Below are positions 18,439-28,628 of a DNA stretch of 64,000 nt, in pieces (the stretch's first letter is position 1; each line of letters starts with the position of its first letter). Source of the DNA: an uncultured archaeon (lineage in GTDB: Archaea > Asgardarchaeota > Heimdallarchaeia > Heimdallarchaeales > Kariarchaeaceae); the NCBI GenBank assembly GCA_964645535.1, contig CAZYCQ010000007.1:24912-88911 (forward strand), in the 5' to 3' direction. The position numbers and the translations under genes were made by a program. Below the pieces are notes generated by a model that was not told where the DNA came from, did no database searches, and saw only the letters and a list, made by a program, of their open reading frames with translations.

Positions 18439-20127
18439 ATGACCGAATCGGATCCATTGGATAGGCTGATCCAGATCATAGAAATTAGCTTTATCTTCCT
18501 GCTCAGTTTTACGATCATTGCCTTGGTTGATGCCGCCTTTGAGGGTTTGAACCTTTATCGACCTTTGGCGACTAATTACCTAGGTGCTCCTGAGGTTGGG
18601 GATCTGCGAGGCGGCAATTTTGAGGAGATTGTGAGGATTACTTTTATCCTGAATGGTCTTCTCTTTATTTCAAGCTTAATATTTGGTGTTTGGATACGCA
18701 AGACCCGTGATGGTTGGACTTGGTCCGATCTTGGGTATACCTTGCATACAGAGAATTACAGCTTTAAAGAGCTTGTTTTGAGAGGGATACTGCTTGGGAT
18801 CATTGCAATTCTTATATTCTATGCGGTGATGACAGGCATGTTCTACCTTGAATTCGGCTCCGAAGGTTTTCTTTCAATATTCGCCTACAGCAATGGAGAT
18901 CGGCTGTTTACTCCCAAGGAGCTCAATGCAAGTTACTATTTCGGGATTGTTGAAATGGGATTTATCTGGCCTTTATCTGCTGGTTTCTTTTTTTTCAGCT
19001 ATGCGTATAACTCATTGAAGTCACGATTCCCTTTAGCCATCTCAAATCTTCTTGCCACGGCTTTTTATGTGTTTTACCTGATCTTTTTCTTCTTGATCCC
19101 TCAGAGGGAAAAGGTCTCGATGTTTTACAGAATCCTATTCTCTCCCGATTCCATTCCTGGTTTTTCACCCTACCTCTTTTGGGGACAGGTTGTGGTTTTC
19201 CTGATCATTCTCTACATCAACTTTTCCTCGTTTGAACAGACAGGTTCAATTGTCTTGCCCTTTTTGATGAATTTTGTCTTCAATGTTGGTTTGACTCTGC
19301 TACGTGCGGGAAATACCTTGGCATTCAAGAATCTTGATCTACTCATGATCCTTCCTGTTTTGGGTTTGGGTGCTGTGGTGGTGGTTTGGTATTTGATCCG
19401 GAACGATCATTTCTCTACACTTCGAATTGCCGCCTCTCAGCTCAAGGATATTCGTGGTATCTCTTGGAAAGAATTCCTTGTTTCATTGACTATATTTGTA
19501 ATGCTTGCATTCATCTTTCCTGGGATCATCTATGAGCTATTGTTCATCAACAACACTTCGCCTGCTGCCTTGCCAAGATGGGTCATTCCCTCATTTTTTG
19601 CCTTGGACTTTGCCTTGCTTCTCTCTTTCATCTTCCTTGTACTTTCCTATCAACCTTCAAGAGTATATGATGTACTTTTGATCACAAAAGATGGACTTCC
19701 TCTTGCATCAAGGCTTGAACGGTTTGCAAGTGACGAATTTTTGGTTTCTGGATTTTTCACGGCACTTTCATCAGTGGATAGGGAACTCTCCGATGGAAAG
19801 GAACGTGTCTCGGTCATCAAAAGAGGCAATGAGGAGATCTTGGTCGAGGAAGGTGTGAAGACCCGATTGATCGCTCTTGTGGATCATGCCCATCCTGCTC
19901 TTAGAAACATGATTCTATCAGAATATCGTGACTTCGAGATAGGTATTGCAAACGTCGATCTTTCAGAGATCTTGAGTAAAGGGGAGGATTTTGCATCTGC
20001 GTTAGAATTCGTGAACCGAATCAATGCTAAGAAAGTCCGATTTGAGATCCCTCAACCGATTCGTTGGAGTATTGCGCTTTCCATGGTTGTCGGTCCTTTG
20101 ATGGTTCTTCTAAACGGCTTGATCTGA
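18439..20127 (+). CDS. Polytopic membrane protein (degenerate CPBP/Abi-like) fused to a longin/roadblock-like domain
   Basis: About 10 TMs; WSDLG and FEQTGSIVLPFLMNFVFN; C-terminal VLLITKDGLPLAS...DEFLVSGFFTALSS. Confidence 0.6.
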   Translation: MTESDPLDRLIQIIEISFIFLLSFTIIALVDAAFEGLNLYRPLATNYLGAPEVGDLRGGNFEEIVRITFILNGLLFISSLIFGVWIRKTRDGWTWSDLGYTLHTENYSFKELVLRGILLGIIAILIFYAVMTGMFYLEFGSEGFLSIFAYSNGDRLFTPKELNASYYFGIVEMGFIWPLSAGFFFFSYAYNSLKSRFPLAISNLLATAFYVFYLIFFFLIPQREKVSMFYRILFSPDSIPGFSPYLFWGQVVVFLIILYINFSSFEQTGSIVLPFLMNFVFNVGLTLLRAGNTLAFKNLDLLMILPVLGLGAVVVVWYLIRNDHFSTLRIAASQLKDIRGISWKEFLVSLTIFVMLAFIFPGIIYELLFINNTSPAALPRWVIPSFFALDFALLLSFIFLVLSYQPSRVYDVLLITKDGLPLASRLERFASDEFLVSGFFTALSSVDRELSDGKERVSVIKRGNEEILVEEGVKTRLIALVDHAHPALRNMILSEYRDFEIGIANVDLSEILSKGEDFASALEFVNRINAKKVRFEIPQPIRWSIALSMVVGPLMVLLNGLI

Positions 20128-20724
20128 TCACTGGTTGTATCTCTCCTTGAGGTCGTCGATCTCTTTTATACGATATGCTCTGAAGGCAAGGATAATGATA
20201 CTGACCACTACCAAGAAAATCCCTGCTTTCATGATAAGGTCTCCCAAGGAATATCTCTGTACGATCTTCATCTCGGCTTGATTGTAATAGACAACCCCCA
20301 CCAACAGTCTTGCATCCTTGTTTGCTCTTAATGCCACATAGATGGATGTAAATTCAACTTCAATCCATTCGCTGACTTTATTGTTTGATCCGCTGAGGAA
20401 CGATTTTTCTTCTAAGGTTGCATCAGTTTCATTTTCGAATAAAGGAAAAAGGGAAACAAAATACTTGAGGTCTTCTGTTGCTGCCATTCCGAAAAAAGCC
20501 TGCCCTCCATCCTTGTTAGTCAATTGTCCTTGATACACGAGGGTTTGTCCCGTCTTGATTTGCTGTTCATTTTCTCTATCTCCAAGGACGACAGTTCCTA
20601 TTGTGTTGGGATTGGCAACTGATGACCTAATCACTAACCCACCAAGCATGATAATGATTCCAGTTGCAACCAATATCTTTATCAGTTTACTATTTCTCCA
20701 TACCGTTCTTATTTGACGTCTCAT
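20128..20724 (-). CDS. Hypothetical membrane protein (two TMs flanking a soluble domain)
   Basis: 198-aa ORF with hydrophobic segments near both ends. Confidence 0.65.
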   Translation of the reverse strand: MRRQIRTVWRNSKLIKILVATGIIIMLGGLVIRSSVANPNTIGTVVLGDRENEQQIKTGQTLVYQGQLTNKDGGQAFFGMAATEDLKYFVSLFPLFENETDATLEEKSFLSGSNNKVSEWIEVEFTSIYVALRANKDARLLVGVVYYNQAEMKIVQRYSLGDLIMKAGIFLVVVSIIILAFRAYRIKEIDDLKERYNQ

Positions 20725-20798
20725 GGATGAATTTTAACAATTAGGTAAAAAAAAATTTTCCCCACTCCACATATTTTCCACTACATTTTGTTCATAAA

Positions 20799-22001
20799 TC
20801 ACTCGTCTGAAGGCTGGTACTTCGGAAGTTCCTTTCGCAGGGGTTTGTCAACTCTATATCCCAATGCATACTGTCCTTGAATAAGCTCTTGGATCTGATC
20901 AGTACCTTCATATATCCTTGCCCCTCTGGAGTTTCTCCAATACCTTTCCACAGGATATTCGGCAGAAAATCCGTATGCTCCATGAATTTGGATGGCATTG
21001 TCTGCACATTCTTGTGCTACATTGGTAGCATGCCATTTTGCCAATGCCGTCTCCCTTGTGTTTCTCATTCCCATGTTCTTCATCCATCCTGCTCTGTAGG
21101 TCAACAATTCTGCTGTTTCTATTCCTCGAACCATATGGGCGATGAGACGCTGAACGAGTTGATGTTTGCCTATTTCAACACCAAAGGTCTGCCGTTCAAG
21201 AGCGTACTTGACTGCGGCATCCCTTGCAGCCTTGGCTAAACCGACGCTTCCGGCTGCAACGGTATACCTTCCATTGTCCAGACAGGTCATGGCGATCTTG
21301 AAGCCTTCCCCTTCCTGTCCCACAAGATTTTCTGCGGGTATGGCAACTTCGTCATAGTTTATGAACCCCGTATTGCCTGCCCGTACTCCGAGCTTATCCT
21401 TGATTGATCCTGTGCTTACTCCCTTGAAGTTCCTTTCAACAATGAATGCAGAGATGCCGTGATGCTTCTTGCTCTTATCGGTATATGCAAAGGTAAGGAA
21501 ATGGTCGGCTGTATCCGCAAGACTGATCCACATCTTGTTTCCTCTGAGGATATAATAATCACCTTCTTTGGTTGCAGTTGATTGGATTCCTGCCACATCG
21601 GATCCTGCATTTGGTTCCGTCAAGGCGTAAGTGGCAATTTTCTTTCCTTCTGCCTGTGGTACAAGGTATTTCTGCTTCTGTTCTTCAGTTCCCCATTGGA
21701 GAAGGCCGAGCGAATTAAGTCCAACATGGACGGACATGACTACTCTGAGCGCAGTATCCACATATTCAAGCTCTTCACTGACAATTCCCAGCGAGATGTA
21801 GTCCATGCCTGCCCCTCCGTACTCTGTGGGGATACAGACTCCTAGGAACCCTTCTTCTCCCATCTGTTCGATGGTCTTTCTGTCATATTCATGCTTCTTG
21901 TCTAATTCAGGAATTGAAGGTGCAACTTTCTGGGCAAAGCTTCGAACGCTCTGCCTCAGTGTCTTATGCTCATCGGTAAAGCTGAAATCCATATGTGTCA
22001 T
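20799..22001 (-). CDS. Acyl-CoA dehydrogenase
   Basis: ALTEPNAGSD, GNKMWIS, RQTFG, IQIHGAYG, IYEGT. Confidence 0.95.
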   Translation of the reverse strand: MTHMDFSFTDEHKTLRQSVRSFAQKVAPSIPELDKKHEYDRKTIEQMGEEGFLGVCIPTEYGGAGMDYISLGIVSEELEYVDTALRVVMSVHVGLNSLGLLQWGTEEQKQKYLVPQAEGKKIATYALTEPNAGSDVAGIQSTATKEGDYYILRGNKMWISLADTADHFLTFAYTDKSKKHHGISAFIVERNFKGVSTGSIKDKLGVRAGNTGFINYDEVAIPAENLVGQEGEGFKIAMTCLDNGRYTVAAGSVGLAKAARDAAVKYALERQTFGVEIGKHQLVQRLIAHMVRGIETAELLTYRAGWMKNMGMRNTRETALAKWHATNVAQECADNAIQIHGAYGFSAEYPVERYWRNSRGARIYEGTDQIQELIQGQYALGYRVDKPLRKELPKYQPSDE

Positions 22002-22035
22002 TTTTACAGGAGTATTTCAGTAAATCGGTTATTTC

Positions 22036-22091
22036 TGTAACAAATTTTCCTTATTTTGTTACAAAGGTTACAGGCAAATTGACGGTCAATT
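22036..22091. promoter_or_regulatory. Two palindromic operator-like sites between the divergent ACAD and PFK genes
   Basis: TGTAACAAA-N10-TTTGTTACA (22036-22063) and AATTGAC-G-GTCAATT (22077-22091). Confidence 0.5.
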
Positions 22092-22131
22092 GTAATTAAG
22101 GTTTAATAGAACGTTTGAAGAAGTCAGACCG

Positions 22132-23163
22132 ATGAAAATCGGAATCTTGACCTCAGGTGGAGACACTCCTGGAATGAATGCGGTTATCCGTGGCTTTGCG
22201 ATGCGGGCACGCGGTCTCGGTCATGAGGTAATCGGAATCAAATACGGATGGAAAGGTCTGATGGATGGATTGTTCATGGAAATTCCAATGGACTATGATG
22301 AACTGATCGCCAAAGGCGGAACGATACTATATTCAGGCAGGACAAATCCATTCAAGCGAGATGATGGGGTTGCACGCATCCGCAAAACATTCAAGGAACA
22401 TGGGCTTGATGCGGTTGTTGCCATTGGTGGGGATGACACTTTGGGAGTTGCCAATAAGTTAACTCAGGAAGGATTACCTATGGTCGGTGTTCCTAAGACC
22501 ATAGATAATGATCTTGATGCAACGGATTACACTTTCGGTTTTAACACCGCCTATTCAATTGCAGCCAATGCGATGGAGAACATGAAAACCACTGCCCGTT
22601 CTCACGGTAGGATTTTGGTAGTTGAGGTGATGGGTCGTCATGCAGGTTGGTTGACTCTGTATGCAGGCATTGCAGCAGGTGCACACGCAATCCTGATCCC
22701 TGAATTCCCTCTAGACATGCAAACGGTTGCCTCATTAATCCGCAAACGTTTCGAGAACCCAGAGACTGCATGGGCTATCGTTGCAGTCTCGGAAGGTTAT
22801 GAATTTACGTCACAACAGACTGAAGGAGTTGAGACAGATGAATTTGGGCATGTCCGGCTGGAAAAACTGAAGATCGGTGAGAAGGTTGCTGAATTTCTCG
22901 AAAAAGAGGTGGGGGCTACTGCTCGTGCCGTAGTTCTGAGTTATCTCCAACGTTCCGGTGCTCCTTCTCCATATGACAGGGTTCTTTCCACTCGTCTTGG
23001 AATTGCAGCCGCTGACTTGGTACACGAAAGGAAATTTGCCATGATGCCATCACTCAGAGGAACAAAGATTGTACCTGTAGCCTTGAACGATGCTGTGGAT
23101 CGTCTGAAATTAGTTGATGAAGAACATTGGGATGTCGCGAAGAAACTTATGGGTCTTGACTAA
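22132..23163 (+). CDS. pfkA: PfkA-family 6-phosphofructokinase with the PPi-type signature
   Basis: TSGGD.PG.N, IGGDDT, PKTIDND, EVMGR. Confidence 0.92.
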   Translation: MKIGILTSGGDTPGMNAVIRGFAMRARGLGHEVIGIKYGWKGLMDGLFMEIPMDYDELIAKGGTILYSGRTNPFKRDDGVARIRKTFKEHGLDAVVAIGGDDTLGVANKLTQEGLPMVGVPKTIDNDLDATDYTFGFNTAYSIAANAMENMKTTARSHGRILVVEVMGRHAGWLTLYAGIAAGAHAILIPEFPLDMQTVASLIRKRFENPETAWAIVAVSEGYEFTSQQTEGVETDEFGHVRLEKLKIGEKVAEFLEKEVGATARAVVLSYLQRSGAPSPYDRVLSTRLGIAAADLVHERKFAMMPSLRGTKIVPVALNDAVDRLKLVDEEHWDVAKKLMGLD

Positions 23164-23630
23164 TTCTTGTAGTAATGCTTAACCTTCACTGCTACACCAT
23201 AATCCAATTGTACCATCGCATAGCTGGGATGCTTACTAGTTCCCACAGCAATCAGATTTCTTTGGGGGTCAAGAACTAGTACCTCTGAATTTGGGCTGAT
23301 ATTTTCGCTGCTTTCCAATACATGGCGGTTGTAGAGGGATTTTCCTTGGGAAACAAAAGGAACTGCTTCCTCCATGGCGACAACAAGGTGGCTTCTCAGC
23401 CCGTTCTTAAGAAGAAATTCTCCTCCAGACATTGTCGGAATGTATCTTCCGTCCATGGGTCTAAGACTAAACAATAACTTCTCTCCTGAATATATCTCAT
23501 TTACCCGTTTGGTTTTTTTGGATCGGCTAATTCTTAGGTTTGGGATCTCTACATCATTAAGCTCTGGAAATTGGAATCGTAAAACCGTCTTGATTTTCAC
23601 CCTTTCGGCATCTGTGGGTTGGGTTGCCAT
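23160..23630 (-). CDS. PUA-domain protein (archaeosine tRNA-ribosyltransferase C-terminal-like)
   Basis: LRFQF, RSKKTKRV, PFVSQGKSL, GVAVKV; start trimmed to MATQ because the longer ORF overlaps nac. Confidence 0.8.
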   Translation of the reverse strand: MATQPTDAERVKIKTVLRFQFPELNDVEIPNLRISRSKKTKRVNEIYSGEKLLFSLRPMDGRYIPTMSGGEFLLKNGLRSHLVVAMEEAVPFVSQGKSLYNRHVLESSENISPNSEVLVLDPQRNLIAVGTSKHPSYAMVQLDYGVAVKVKHYYKN

Positions 23631-23718
23631 TACCTTCTCCTTAGATGAGATTTGATAACTATTCCTTTTCAATCTGCAACAGAACAACATTATTATATTC
23701 TCACGTGAACATTTTGGT

Positions 23719-24132
23719 ATGAGTGCCCGAAGAAAAGCCCGACGTGCTGCAAGAAAGAAAGGTGGTTTGCCAGGTGTCTCACCGAAAAACATGAAGAAAG
23801 CCATGGGGCAGATGGATGTTCAGGAAATAGATGGGGTTCGGGAAGTTGTGATCCGGAAAGATGGTGAAGAAATCGTTTTGAAATCACCCGATGTCCAAGT
23901 TCTCAATATGGGTGGTCAGGAAATTTACACAATAACCGCTGCTGCAAAAGAAACACGAACTCTGACCAAAAATCTTCCAAGCGAAAAGCCATCAGATGAT
24001 ACCGTGGAAGTTTCAGATGCAGATGTGAAATTCATTGCAGAAAAGGCAGGGGTTTCTGAAGTCCGTGCAAGAGAAGCTTTGATCCAGGCAAAGGGTGATC
24101 TCGCTTCTGCACTTTTATCTCTATCACAATAA
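23719..24132 (+). CDS. nac: Nascent polypeptide-associated complex protein
   Basis: IDGVREVVIR NAC domain and C-terminal UBA-like AREAL..AKGDLASA. Confidence 0.9.
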   Translation: MSARRKARRAARKKGGLPGVSPKNMKKAMGQMDVQEIDGVREVVIRKDGEEIVLKSPDVQVLNMGGQEIYTITAAAKETRTLTKNLPSEKPSDDTVEVSDADVKFIAEKAGVSEVRAREALIQAKGDLASALLSLSQ

Positions 24133-24378
24133 CTTTCTTTTTTATATTTGGTCTGACGTCAGTTTCCAAATTTCCGTCACAAAAACAATCTGTGTCTTTC
24201 GAACAAGCTTTTAACAAAATTATCATATTTTCAGTTTATCTAAACAAAAAATGAACATTTGCACATTATTTTATAATTTTCAAGAGGTAGGTGGGGTTCA
24301 AACCAATACCTTTTTTATAGTAAACTTCAATTTAGGAAATAATCACAGGACAATACTGTGTTGTGATACTAAGAAGAG

Positions 24379-25275
24379 GTGAAAATCATGAAAAAAACCA
24401 CTCTATTTCTAATGAGCGTATTGATCATGGGTGCATTTCTTGTACCTGTCGCTCTTACTGCCCATGAAGAAGGGGAAGAGCATCTTGAACCGGGTTTGGT
24501 TGTAAATGCAACCAAGACTGACCTTTCAACCTTTACCATTGATGGTGAAGAAGACGATTGGGCAAATGTTCCAGAATATGTTATCTCATTGAAACAACTG
24601 AACAATGAAGCCAACAGCAAGCATGGAGATTTCAAAATCGCCTACAATGATACTCATGTAGCTCTATTGGTCTTGATTGAAGACAACTATAATGTCAATC
24701 TTTCCTCACACAAACTATCTCCAGCTATGGCTGTTGAATGGAAGATTGATGCAGATGCAGGACCTCACATGGGGACTGATGAGGGTGTTTCCACTGGAAA
24801 AGTCGACATTTGGCATTGGGAGCTTGAACATGAGGCAGGTTTCCTCCACACTCCCAATCCAGACAGTGGACACGGTGGCCATGGATTGGATGATGAATGG
24901 GCTACATCCCCCACCGAAAGATATGATGATTCCAAGGAAAATTCCCTTTATGGTGCTTGGGGCTATGTACAGGATGAAAGTGAATTTGTTTTCGAATTCA
25001 TTCGTCCCTTGACCACCAACGATGCAAATGATACTCAATTCAGTGATGATGCATCCTTCTTTATGAACATTGCATATTGGGATCCAGATCAGACTGATGC
25101 AGGGTGGACTGGATCTGGTCATTACATTACCGTTACTGACTTCGAGTGGATCCAGATCAATTTCGGGAATCCCCCAACTGAAGATACTGGTGAATCTGGA
25201 AGCCCTGGATTTGTTTTCTGGGCAACTTTCATGACCCTTGCATCATTCGCTTTAATAAGAAAGAAAAAATTCTAA
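24379..25275 (+). CDS. Surface-anchored DOMON/ethylbenzene-dehydrogenase-gamma-like (heme- or ligand-binding) protein
   Basis: Signal peptide; IDGEEDDW..VP, HMG, VDIWHW, FEFIRPLTT, IAYWD; C-terminal PGF-TM-RKKK. Confidence 0.65.
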   Translation: MKIMKKTTLFLMSVLIMGAFLVPVALTAHEEGEEHLEPGLVVNATKTDLSTFTIDGEEDDWANVPEYVISLKQLNNEANSKHGDFKIAYNDTHVALLVLIEDNYNVNLSSHKLSPAMAVEWKIDADAGPHMGTDEGVSTGKVDIWHWELEHEAGFLHTPNPDSGHGGHGLDDEWATSPTERYDDSKENSLYGAWGYVQDESEFVFEFIRPLTTNDANDTQFSDDASFFMNIAYWDPDQTDAGWTGSGHYITVTDFEWIQINFGNPPTEDTGESGSPGFVFWATFMTLASFALIRKKKF

Positions 25276-26084
25276 AGCTTTTGAACTTTAAAAACTAGCT
25301 CAAAATGTGATATTCTTGGTGCAAATTTCTTAACTTCAAAAATTTGGGTTTCTTCAATGGAAATGGATTGTTTTTTTAGGATTTCAATATATTTTTCCAC
25401 TCTTTGATTCACCTTTTCCCTTTTTTCCAATGGATGGAGGTGAATGGTGCCAGATGATTTTAATGCTTGGGTTGCTACCTTCAAATGTGTATGATCTACT
25501 TCATGATATCCCATGAGAACCCGGTCTGCCCAGTTCTCTAACTCTATTTCTCTGCAATCTATATTGAAGGCCTTCTCAGTTTTCTTGCCATTGGCATAAA
25601 GAGTTTTCAACAAATAGGAATAGGTGATGGGATCTCGTTCAACAAGGATGTAGTCTATCTGCCTATGGACAATTGGTTGCATACTGAGGTTTCCCACAGC
25701 AGCAAACATGTCTAGAAGCTTTTCACCATCCTTGACCTCTTTCAAAATTCTTTGTCTTAAATTTCTGTTTCCTCCTGAAAATGTGATTTTACCTGCATCA
25801 AGAACGTACACAACTCCATTCTCCTTATGTTTGGTGATTGTTGTGGGATTGCCTGCAAGATGTCTTAATATTGGTCTCCTGTTTTCTCCAAGAGTTCCTG
25901 TCTGTTGGAATACCCCTGTACACCAAGAAAACTTTTCCATCACGATATTTCCGACAATTTCGGGAATTTCTTCTCTACTTCTCAAGATCATGAGGGAGCC
26001 AATTCTCTTGAAACCTTTCGGAATCTGGATATCCCTGATCTCTGGCGGTAGTGCCTGACGAATCGTCTCCCTGAATGATGGCAC
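25272..26084 (-). CDS. Trm5/Taw2(TYW2)-family tRNA modification SAM-dependent enzyme
   Basis: HKENGVVY.LD, FSGGN, DMFAAVG, ADRVLMGY. Confidence 0.85.
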   Translation of the reverse strand: MPSFRETIRQALPPEIRDIQIPKGFKRIGSLMILRSREEIPEIVGNIVMEKFSWCTGVFQQTGTLGENRRPILRHLAGNPTTITKHKENGVVYVLDAGKITFSGGNRNLRQRILKEVKDGEKLLDMFAAVGNLSMQPIVHRQIDYILVERDPITYSYLLKTLYANGKKTEKAFNIDCREIELENWADRVLMGYHEVDHTHLKVATQALKSSGTIHLHPLEKREKVNQRVEKYIEILKKQSISIEETQIFEVKKFAPRISHFELVFKVQKL

Positions 26085-26172
26085 AATTTCATTTCAATTT
26101 GATGCAAAATTGATTGTTTCGATAGAACACGATAAAGAAGCATAATTAGACAATTAACCCGGCAGACGAACA

Positions 26173-26940
26173 TTGATTGTTGATAGTTCACAAAACTGTT
26201 TAAGAATAGCTGAGGCAGCAGAGATTTGGACACCTTTGCGTCAGTTTATTGCAGATGGAAAAATAGACCTTGGAAACCCTTTGGCATTGACTGAATACAA
26301 CCGTGCCCTATTATTTGGATTGACAGGATGCCGGATTGAAATACCGAGAGAATATCTGATTCCTGCTGTTTGTCTCAGGTATTCTTATATTCAATTTCTC
26401 AAGGATCAATTTCCCCATTCAAAAACACTTCTTGATGTCGGAACTGGTACTTCCGCTATTCTCGCATTGATTGCCCATCATCTTGGGTTCAGGGTTTTTG
26501 CCACGGAACTGGATCCTGTGGCATTGGAATGGGCTCGAAAAAACCTTGAATCAAATGGGGTGAGGACAATTGTATTCCCTAGTAGCGGTGGGATTCTCAA
26601 AGGTGTTGTTCCTCCTGATGCCCTTGACGAAATCGATTTGACTGTCACCTATCCACCATTTTATCCGATGGATACTCCTGGTCGGACATCATTCAAGAAG
26701 AGGGGATTCAAAGGGTCTTCTTCCGAGTTATTTGGTGGTGTGACGGGAATCGAATTCACCCGTCAATACATATCTGAGGCTTGTGAATTCCAGATTCCTG
26801 TTCCTTCTGTTCTTCTGCACAAAAAGGAATTTGCAAGGCAAACAGAACGCTTCTATTCTTCCTCATACTCTGTGCATACAGTTCCTGTCAAGGCTGGAAC
26901 CCGGTACCGGTTTATTGTTTACGGTGTCCTTAAGGCATAA
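26173..26940 (+). CDS. RlmF/METTL16-like RNA methyltransferase
   Basis: YLIPAVCLRYSY, LDVGTGTSAI, ATELD, YPPFY. Confidence 0.8.
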   Translation: MIVDSSQNCLRIAEAAEIWTPLRQFIADGKIDLGNPLALTEYNRALLFGLTGCRIEIPREYLIPAVCLRYSYIQFLKDQFPHSKTLLDVGTGTSAILALIAHHLGFRVFATELDPVALEWARKNLESNGVRTIVFPSSGGILKGVVPPDALDEIDLTVTYPPFYPMDTPGRTSFKKRGFKGSSSELFGGVTGIEFTRQYISEACEFQIPVPSVLLHKKEFARQTERFYSSSYSVHTVPVKAGTRYRFIVYGVLKA

Positions 26941-27032
26941 CCCGCTTTTATGGGATCTGACAGGTTGACAACATTCTACAAGCCTGTTTTCAATCGACTT
27001 CTTTTTAATTGAACTTGTCTTATATGAATTAG

Positions 27033-27305
27033 ATGTCTGAACGTAAAACTGCTGTGAAGAAAAAGAAGAAGTGGGGCAAGACCTATGAATATGTCCCTGT
27101 TGTCCGATCCATGACCATCGATGAGGAGAAACGTGCCGATATGGAGAAGGAGTTGAAAAACCTGAAACCTACAACTCCTGAATCCTTTGCCAACAAATAT
27201 GGCATCAAGGTGAGCTTGGCTCGTCTTATTTTGAACAAGTATGTTGAAGAAGGGAAGCTCAAAATCCTCGCGAACGGTAGCAAAACCAATCTCTATTCCG
27301 CTTAA
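27033..27305 (+). CDS. rps25e: Ribosomal protein eS25
   Basis: KKKKWGK; TP..FA.KYGIKVSLAR winged helix. Confidence 0.85.
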   Translation: MSERKTAVKKKKKWGKTYEYVPVVRSMTIDEEKRADMEKELKNLKPTTPESFANKYGIKVSLARLILNKYVEEGKLKILANGSKTNLYSA

Positions 27306-27940
27306 TTTTTCTTTTTCTTGGTCACTTGCCCTTTTGCCAGTTTTGCCATTTTTTTGAGATGTTCTTTCCAGTCGAAATTGCTGAAAGTATCAAATCCATG
27401 GTTTTCTTTGTTTTTCTCCACTTTGTATTCATCGACAATTAGATACGAAATGTCTCCTAGGGCGTCCACAAGACCTATAACCAACTTTTTCTTGCTTGAT
27501 GTCGCCAATTCGAGAAGATAGTCCAGATCCTTGATTTGAATGGCATCTCCTTCCCTAAGTGGACGAACATAATAACGGGCACTTGCATTGAATATTTTGA
27601 CTCCCTTGTCATAAAGCCTGAAAAAAAATGTTGAACCCGAACCTTGGTTGATAACATGACCTCTGTTCCGCAAATCCTTGTACACCATATACCTGTCGGA
27701 AAAATCCGGATCTGATTTTGCAAACATCGCATAAAGTTCAATCTCTGTTAAAAGTTTCTTGTTTTTGTCCATAGGTTTGATCTTTCCCCTTTCCGCTAGG
27801 TGGAGAACTTCATAAGGTGTCAGTAACAACCCTCCTCCTTTCTGTGGTGTTCCATAGGATCCTAAGTTGTACAAGGTGATTGCGTTTGCTCCTGCCGCGA
27901 TGCCACATGTTTCTTCCACAAGGACTGGAATTTCCATCAA
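27302..27940 (-). CDS. endA: tRNA splicing endonuclease subunit (probably non-catalytic)
   Basis: LLTPYEVLHL, YMVYKDLRNRG, ATSSKKKLVIGLVD...ISY. Confidence 0.8.
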   Translation of the reverse strand: MMEIPVLVEETCGIAAGANAITLYNLGSYGTPQKGGGLLLTPYEVLHLAERGKIKPMDKNKKLLTEIELYAMFAKSDPDFSDRYMVYKDLRNRGHVINQGSGSTFFFRLYDKGVKIFNASARYYVRPLREGDAIQIKDLDYLLELATSSKKKLVIGLVDALGDISYLIVDEYKVEKNKENHGFDTFSNFDWKEHLKKMAKLAKGQVTKKKKN

Positions 27941-28029
27941 ATAACAAGATTCTACACACTAAATAAATGGTGACGTAGGTTTGTTCACCCTTACTTGCTC
28001 TTTATATATTGATCTTCAGAAATTTAAGT

Positions 28030-28563
28030 ATGGTTTACAAAAAGGAGGTTCTTGCATTTCGTCAGGAAAAGGACAAATTTTTCAAGAGCTCACATCATAG
28101 CCCGTTAACAGAAAACCAGAAACGAAACTTCGTTGGACTTCAATACTTTCCAGTAGACGAGAAATACCGGCTCAAGGTCAAGCTTCAACGTGATCCAAAT
28201 CCTGAACGAGTGACAATGCAAACCTCAGATGGTCTATGGAGAGATTATGACCGGATTGGTTATTTTGATATCAAAATTGATGGTCAGAAGGCAAGAGTGT
28301 ATGTTTATCAGTCCTCGGACAATCCTGATTACTATTTCATTCCCTTCAAGGATGCGACATCTGGTAAGGAAACCTATGGTGCCGGAAGATACGTCGAAAT
28401 TGAACCTTTGGGAAACGATGAATTCATACTTGATTTTAATATGGCATATAATCCCTATTGTGCCTATAATGGACGATTTTCCTGTCCCATTCCCCCTAGA
28501 GAAAATTGGCTGGACATAAGGATCGAGGCTGGTGAAAAGAATTATCCTGAACCAGAATATTAG
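28030..28563 (+). CDS. DUF1684 family protein
   Basis: FKDATSGKETYGAGRY, LDFNMAYNPYCAY, CPIPP.EN, AGEK. Confidence 0.92.
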   Translation: MVYKKEVLAFRQEKDKFFKSSHHSPLTENQKRNFVGLQYFPVDEKYRLKVKLQRDPNPERVTMQTSDGLWRDYDRIGYFDIKIDGQKARVYVYQSSDNPDYYFIPFKDATSGKETYGAGRYVEIEPLGNDEFILDFNMAYNPYCAYNGRFSCPIPPRENWLDIRIEAGEKNYPEPEY

Positions 28564-28628
28564 GGTTTTTTTTAAATAAGACACGAATGCTTCAGATGGT
28601 TTATAACAGATAGGGTTTTCTCATTCTT

